Shown here piece by piece: positions 59,770 through 64,000 of a stretch of 64,000 bases of DNA. Source of the stretch: Macrostomum lignano (Eukaryota); NCBI GenBank assembly GCA_002269645.1, contig NIVC01000965.1, forward strand, positions 1 through 64,000. The letters are read 5' to 3'. The notes beneath the pieces were generated by a model that had not been told where the DNA came from, did no database searches, and saw nothing but the letters and a program-made list of their open reading frames with translations. The first letter of the stretch is position 1. Each line of letters starts with the position of its first letter. The position numbers and the translations under genes were made by a program.

Positions 59770-59894
59770 CTGGCGTGACTGCTCTCACATTGTCACTTTC
59801 GTCTCTCTTGCACTGAGAGCTATTTGATACTCAAATTAGACATTCAATGTTAAAGCCCTGCATGCTTGGGTGACAAACTCTTCCTATATAGATT

Positions 59895-60170
59895 ACATCA
59901 CGTGACTCGCCTAGCTGAACTGATCACGTGACTCGCCTAGCTGTACTGGTCACGTGACTAACCTAGCTGAACTGGTCACGTGACTCGCCTAGCTGAACTG
60001 GTCACGTGACTCGCCTAGCTGAACTGGTCACGTGACTCGCCTAGCTGAACAGGTCACGTGACTTGCCTAGCTGAACTGGTCACGTGACTCGCCTAGCTGA
60101 ACTGGTCACGTGACTCGCCTAGCTGAACTGGTCACGTGACTCGCCTAGCTGAACTGACCACGTGACTCGT
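59895..60170. repeat. 26-bp minisatellite CACGTGACTCGCCTAGCTGAACTGGT, 11 copies, downstream of the NWD stop
   Basis: Read directly. Confidence 0.95.
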
Positions 60171-61029
60171 GTGAGAATTCAATTATTATCAGTACCAAAC
60201 CTCTAATTTGGTTTGCTTGTTAGAGAGGTTTTCTCTTCGATCGTAAAGCTATTTATATTATTTAAAATAACTAATTAAGTGTTTTTGGCGCACATAAACT
60301 CCTTACTCCTTCATAAAACTGATAAGATCAATAAAAAGTTTTATTATTGGTTTTTTATTGTCGCGACAATTATCAAAGCTTTTTTAGCTATTTTATTTCA
60401 CGCAGACCTACCTGATAAGCTGCTAGCTAAAGTACCGACTCGAGTTCGGATTCCCGTGCGCGGCTAAATTGGTCTGGAACAAGAAAATATTAATGTAAAA
60501 ATCAACTTTTTTGTACAATGCGACTTGTCGAGTACATGTAGTTCCTATCTGACAATAGATATTGCCGCCAAAAATGAAACACATCAGTGTTTTATAAAAT
60601 ATCTGGACGAAATTACAAAATTGCGTGGACTGTTGCCCTCAGTAGCGCTAAATAACTCAACGGATAGGGAAAGTTGATGCAGATAAAAATGTCATTAGTT
60701 TTTTTCTCCTATCGCTGTCAGTTTCGGATTATTGCCGGCTTGCGAAGAAGGCAATAAAAAATATGAGCTTAGCATCGAACAGCAAAGATTATAGCGTCTG
60801 TGAGACTCATTCCGCATTGACAATGCACTGTTTTTCCTATTCGATATTGCCTTCTAATTTGTTTCTTAGTTATGCTAGCTTGGATCAATGTGGAACTCTT
60901 TGAATACTAGTTTTTTCCGCTTGCTATGAAAGTGAAAGTGATACAGATCACTTTCGGTATGTGTGCGTATTGATCTATGCGAACCTTTATCGATGTCTAC
61001 AGAATACCAATGTAGCTCGTTGATTAGTC

Positions 61030-61680
61030 CATGTCAATAGATGTCATTATCAATGCCTATGGATATGTGTAAATCACTATCAATGCCTATAGATCAATGT
61101 GAATCACTATCAATGTCTATGGATCAATGTGAATCACTATCTATGCCTATAGATCAATGTGAGTCACTATCAGTGTCTGTAGATCAATTTGAATCACTAT
61201 CAATGTCTGTATATCAATGTGAATCACTATCAATGTCTATAGATCAATGTGAACCATTATCAATGTCTGTAGATCAATGTGAATCATTATCAATGCCTAT
61301 AGATCAATGTGAATCATTATCAATGCCTATAGATCAATGTGAATCACTATCAATGCCTATAGATCAATGTGAATCATTATTAATGCCTGTAGATCAATGT
61401 GAATCATTATTAATGCCTGTAGATCAATGTGAATCATTATCAATGCCTATAGATCAATGTGAACCATTATCAATGTCTGTAGATCAATGTGAATCATTAT
61501 CAATGCCTATAGATCAATGTGAATCATTATCAATGCCTATAGATCAATGTGAATCACTATCAATGTCTGTAGATCAATGTAAATCACTATCAATCCCTAT
61601 AGATCAATGTGAATCATTATTAATGCCTGTAGATCAATGTGAATCACTACCAATGTGTATAGATCAATGTGAATCACTAC
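61030..61680. repeat. 30-bp minisatellite ATCAATGTGAATCACTATCAATGCCTATAG upstream of the GPCR
   Basis: Read directly. Confidence 0.95.
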
Positions 61681-61946
61681 CACGGTCTTCCATCGGTTTC
61701 ACTTCTACTTAGCTTCGGCTCAGATTTCTATTCTGTAGACAGTTTATCAAGGGTTTGATTGGCTGGTCGCTTCGGCTGTGGAGAGAACGTTTTCGACCAA
61801 TCGGGAGTCATTTAGAGGGACTCGGCCCGGTTGTTAAAAACTGTTGACGCTGCAGTTTCGGCAACGCTTCCCTCTAGTAAACTAATATATCAACTAACTT
61901 TTGAACTGATCAAACTGAATATAGACAGAGCTGAACAACTAGCATC

Positions 61947-62339
61947 ATGGGAAATCTACCCTCAGCTGCTCCTGCTAGCTCCATCAATCAGACAGGCCGA
62001 GACTGCAGCCTGTCGCAGTACGACAGCAACGACTACTGTCTGACGGAAGCCGAGTACGTCTCCGATATTCTCTACGAGATGCGACTGACGCCATTCAAAA
62101 TTGGCTTGTTGTGCCTCTATGCAATTGTGTTCTCTGTGGGCCTGCTGGGCAACCTGCTGGTCATAATCGCCATACTGAGGACACCTCAGATGCGAACTGC
62201 CACCAACCTCTTCCTGCTGAACTTGGCTCTGGCGGACTTCTTTGTTATTCTGTTCTGCTTGGTGCCAACTGTGGTTGAAGACTTCATGGAGACCTGGGTG
62301 TTTGGCGGTGTTGCCTGCCGGGTTTTGAAGTACTTACAG
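61947..62339 (+). CDS. First coding exon of a rhodopsin-class neuropeptide GPCR, orexin/allatotropin receptor-like (TM1, TM2, start of TM3); gene continues beyond the window
   Basis: NDYCLTEAEYVSDI N-terminus, GLLGNLLV (TM1), MRTATNLFLLNLALADFFVILFCLVPT (TM2), ETWVFG..ACRVLKYLQ followed by donor CAG|GTGCGT at 62340. Confidence 0.8.
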
Positions 62340-62364
62340 GTGCGTTTTCGGGGCTCAGGTTGTC

Positions 62365-63300
62365 ATAAGGGTGCTTCTCTCACCGGTGATCCGCTGCTGT
62401 GGTTGTGGGGGTGTTTCTCTCACTGGTGATCCGGTGATCCGCTGCTGTGGTTGTGAGGGTGTTTCTCTCACCGGTGATCCGCTGCTGTGGTTGTGAGGGT
62501 GTTTCTCCCACCGGTGATCCGCTGCTGTGGTTGTGGGGGTGTTTCTCTCACTGGTGATCCGGTGATCCGCTGCTGTGGTTGTGAGGGTGTTTCTCTCACC
62601 GGTGATCCGCTGCTGTGGTTGTGAGGGTGTTTCTCCCACCGGTGATCCGCTGCTGTGGTTGTGAGGGTGTTTCTCTCACCGGTGATCCGGTGATCCGCTG
62701 CTGTGGTTACGAGGGTGTTTCTCTCACTGGTGATCCGCTGCTGTGGTTGTGAGGGTGTTTCTCTCACCGGTGATCCGCTGCTGTGGTTACGAGGGTGTTT
62801 CTCTCACCGGTGATCCGCTGCTGTTGCTGTAAGGGTGTTTCTCTCACCGGTGATCCGCTGCTGTGGTTGTGAGGGTGTTTCTCTCACCGGTGATCCGCTG
62901 CTGTTGCTGTGAGGGTGTTTCTCTCACCGGTGATCCGCTGCTGTGGTTGTGAGGGTGTTTCTCTCACTGGTGATCCGGTGATCCGCTGCTGTTGCTGTAA
63001 GGGTGTTTCTCTCACTGGTGATCCGCTGCTGTGGTTGTGAGGGTGTTTCTCTCACCGGTGATCCGCTGCTGTAGTTGTGAGGGTGTTTCTCTCACCGGTG
63101 ATCCGCTGCTGTGGTTGTGAGGGTGTTTCTCTCACCGGTGATCCGCTGCTGTTGCTGTAAGGGTGTTGTTTCTCTCACCGGTGATCCGCTGCTGTGGTTG
63201 TGAGGGTGTTTCTCTCACCGGTGATCCGCTGCTGTGGTTGTGAGGGTGTTTCTCTCACCGGTGATCCGCTGCTGTGGTTGTGAGGGTGTTTCTCTCACCG
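62365..63300. repeat. 40-bp minisatellite GGTGATCCGCTGCTGTGGTTGTGAGGGTGTTTCTCTCACC (GPCR intron 1)
   Basis: Read directly; begins about 25-30 nt after the donor. Confidence 0.96.
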
Positions 63301-64000
63301 GCACTTTGGTGATTCGCTGTGAATGATGGAGTTTTTCACCAGGGTCACCAAGGATTTGTGTTTTTTTTCAGTAAATTGTTGTGTTTTATTAGTCCTTCGT
63401 AGCCATTTTTGGTAAAATTTCCAAGGTCCTGCTCAATTTAAAAATTTGACAGCATTCTGTTGACAGGCGGGCGAAATATTTGGACTTACTCTAGCCCTTA
63501 ATGACCAGGAAATTATTTAGCATTGCTCATTATCAAGCTCATCTTTCATCAGAACTTTACTTATTTGTAGATCATGACTGGGGTTGGGCTGTTTAAGCTT
63601 GGATTCCCAATAGGCTGAGGGTCCAAAGATGAGATGAATCTTGAGCAATAGACTATATGGGCAGCACTCGTCCTTTGATTGCTCATTCTTATGTCCTTAC
63701 AGCAAGTTATAGTATATCGATACCATAGACATTTTTGCCTTAAGCTTTGAGAGTGAGGAACCTCAGCCATAGACTATTATTGTTTAATGGCCTTAACTGC
63801 CCGCAATTTGCTGCCGGTTGATAGAGTTTTAGCCATAGACAGTCTACCGGTCTACGGGTACTGCTATTAGCAGGCACAGATTTTGGCCCGCCAGGCATAA
63901 AGGCCATGGTATAATAAATTTAATTAGACTGGGCATACAGTTGACAGATCATAAAGTATAGGGAAAGCGGGAGAGCATGAAGGTCGTGTTTTAAAGACAG

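Overview
Eukaryotic (metazoan) genomic DNA with four co-directional + strand intron-containing genes: (1) RILPL1-like (6 coding exons, 2250-14429, 431 aa); (2) a stand-alone mitochondrial carbamoyl-phosphate synthetase of the CPS1/CPS III type (13 exons, 21469-39707, about 1510 aa; eight single-base deletions break the frame, probably long-read errors); (3) an NWD2-like NACHT/WD40 protein (about 10 exons, 41597-59769, about 1816 aa) with degenerate Walker motifs and a C-terminal CaaX box; (4) the first coding exon of an orexin/allatotropin-receptor-like GPCR (61947-62339). GC-rich exons, AT-rich introns and dense minisatellites resemble Macrostomum-type flatworm DNA (inference only). Mobile DNA: an internally deleted P-element/THAP9-type transposon (20-bp TIRs, 8-bp TSD), two tRNA-derived CORE-like SINEs, and a foldback/MITE-like remnant. 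Roughly 40% of the window (hand estimate) is tandem arrays, and 22 of 27 introns contain at least one, nearly all different. Most unusual structure: two internal exons (CPS exon 6 and the 633-nt NWD P-loop exon) are each bracketed by the same minisatellite in inverted orientation; one array is a reiterated exon/intron junction giving nine 5' splice sites; several array units carry AG|GT splice-like motifs. Together these suggest local, splice-site-associated minisatellite birth and possible dsRNA-driven exon skipping or circularisation. All long repetitive ORFs in the ORF track are array artefacts.
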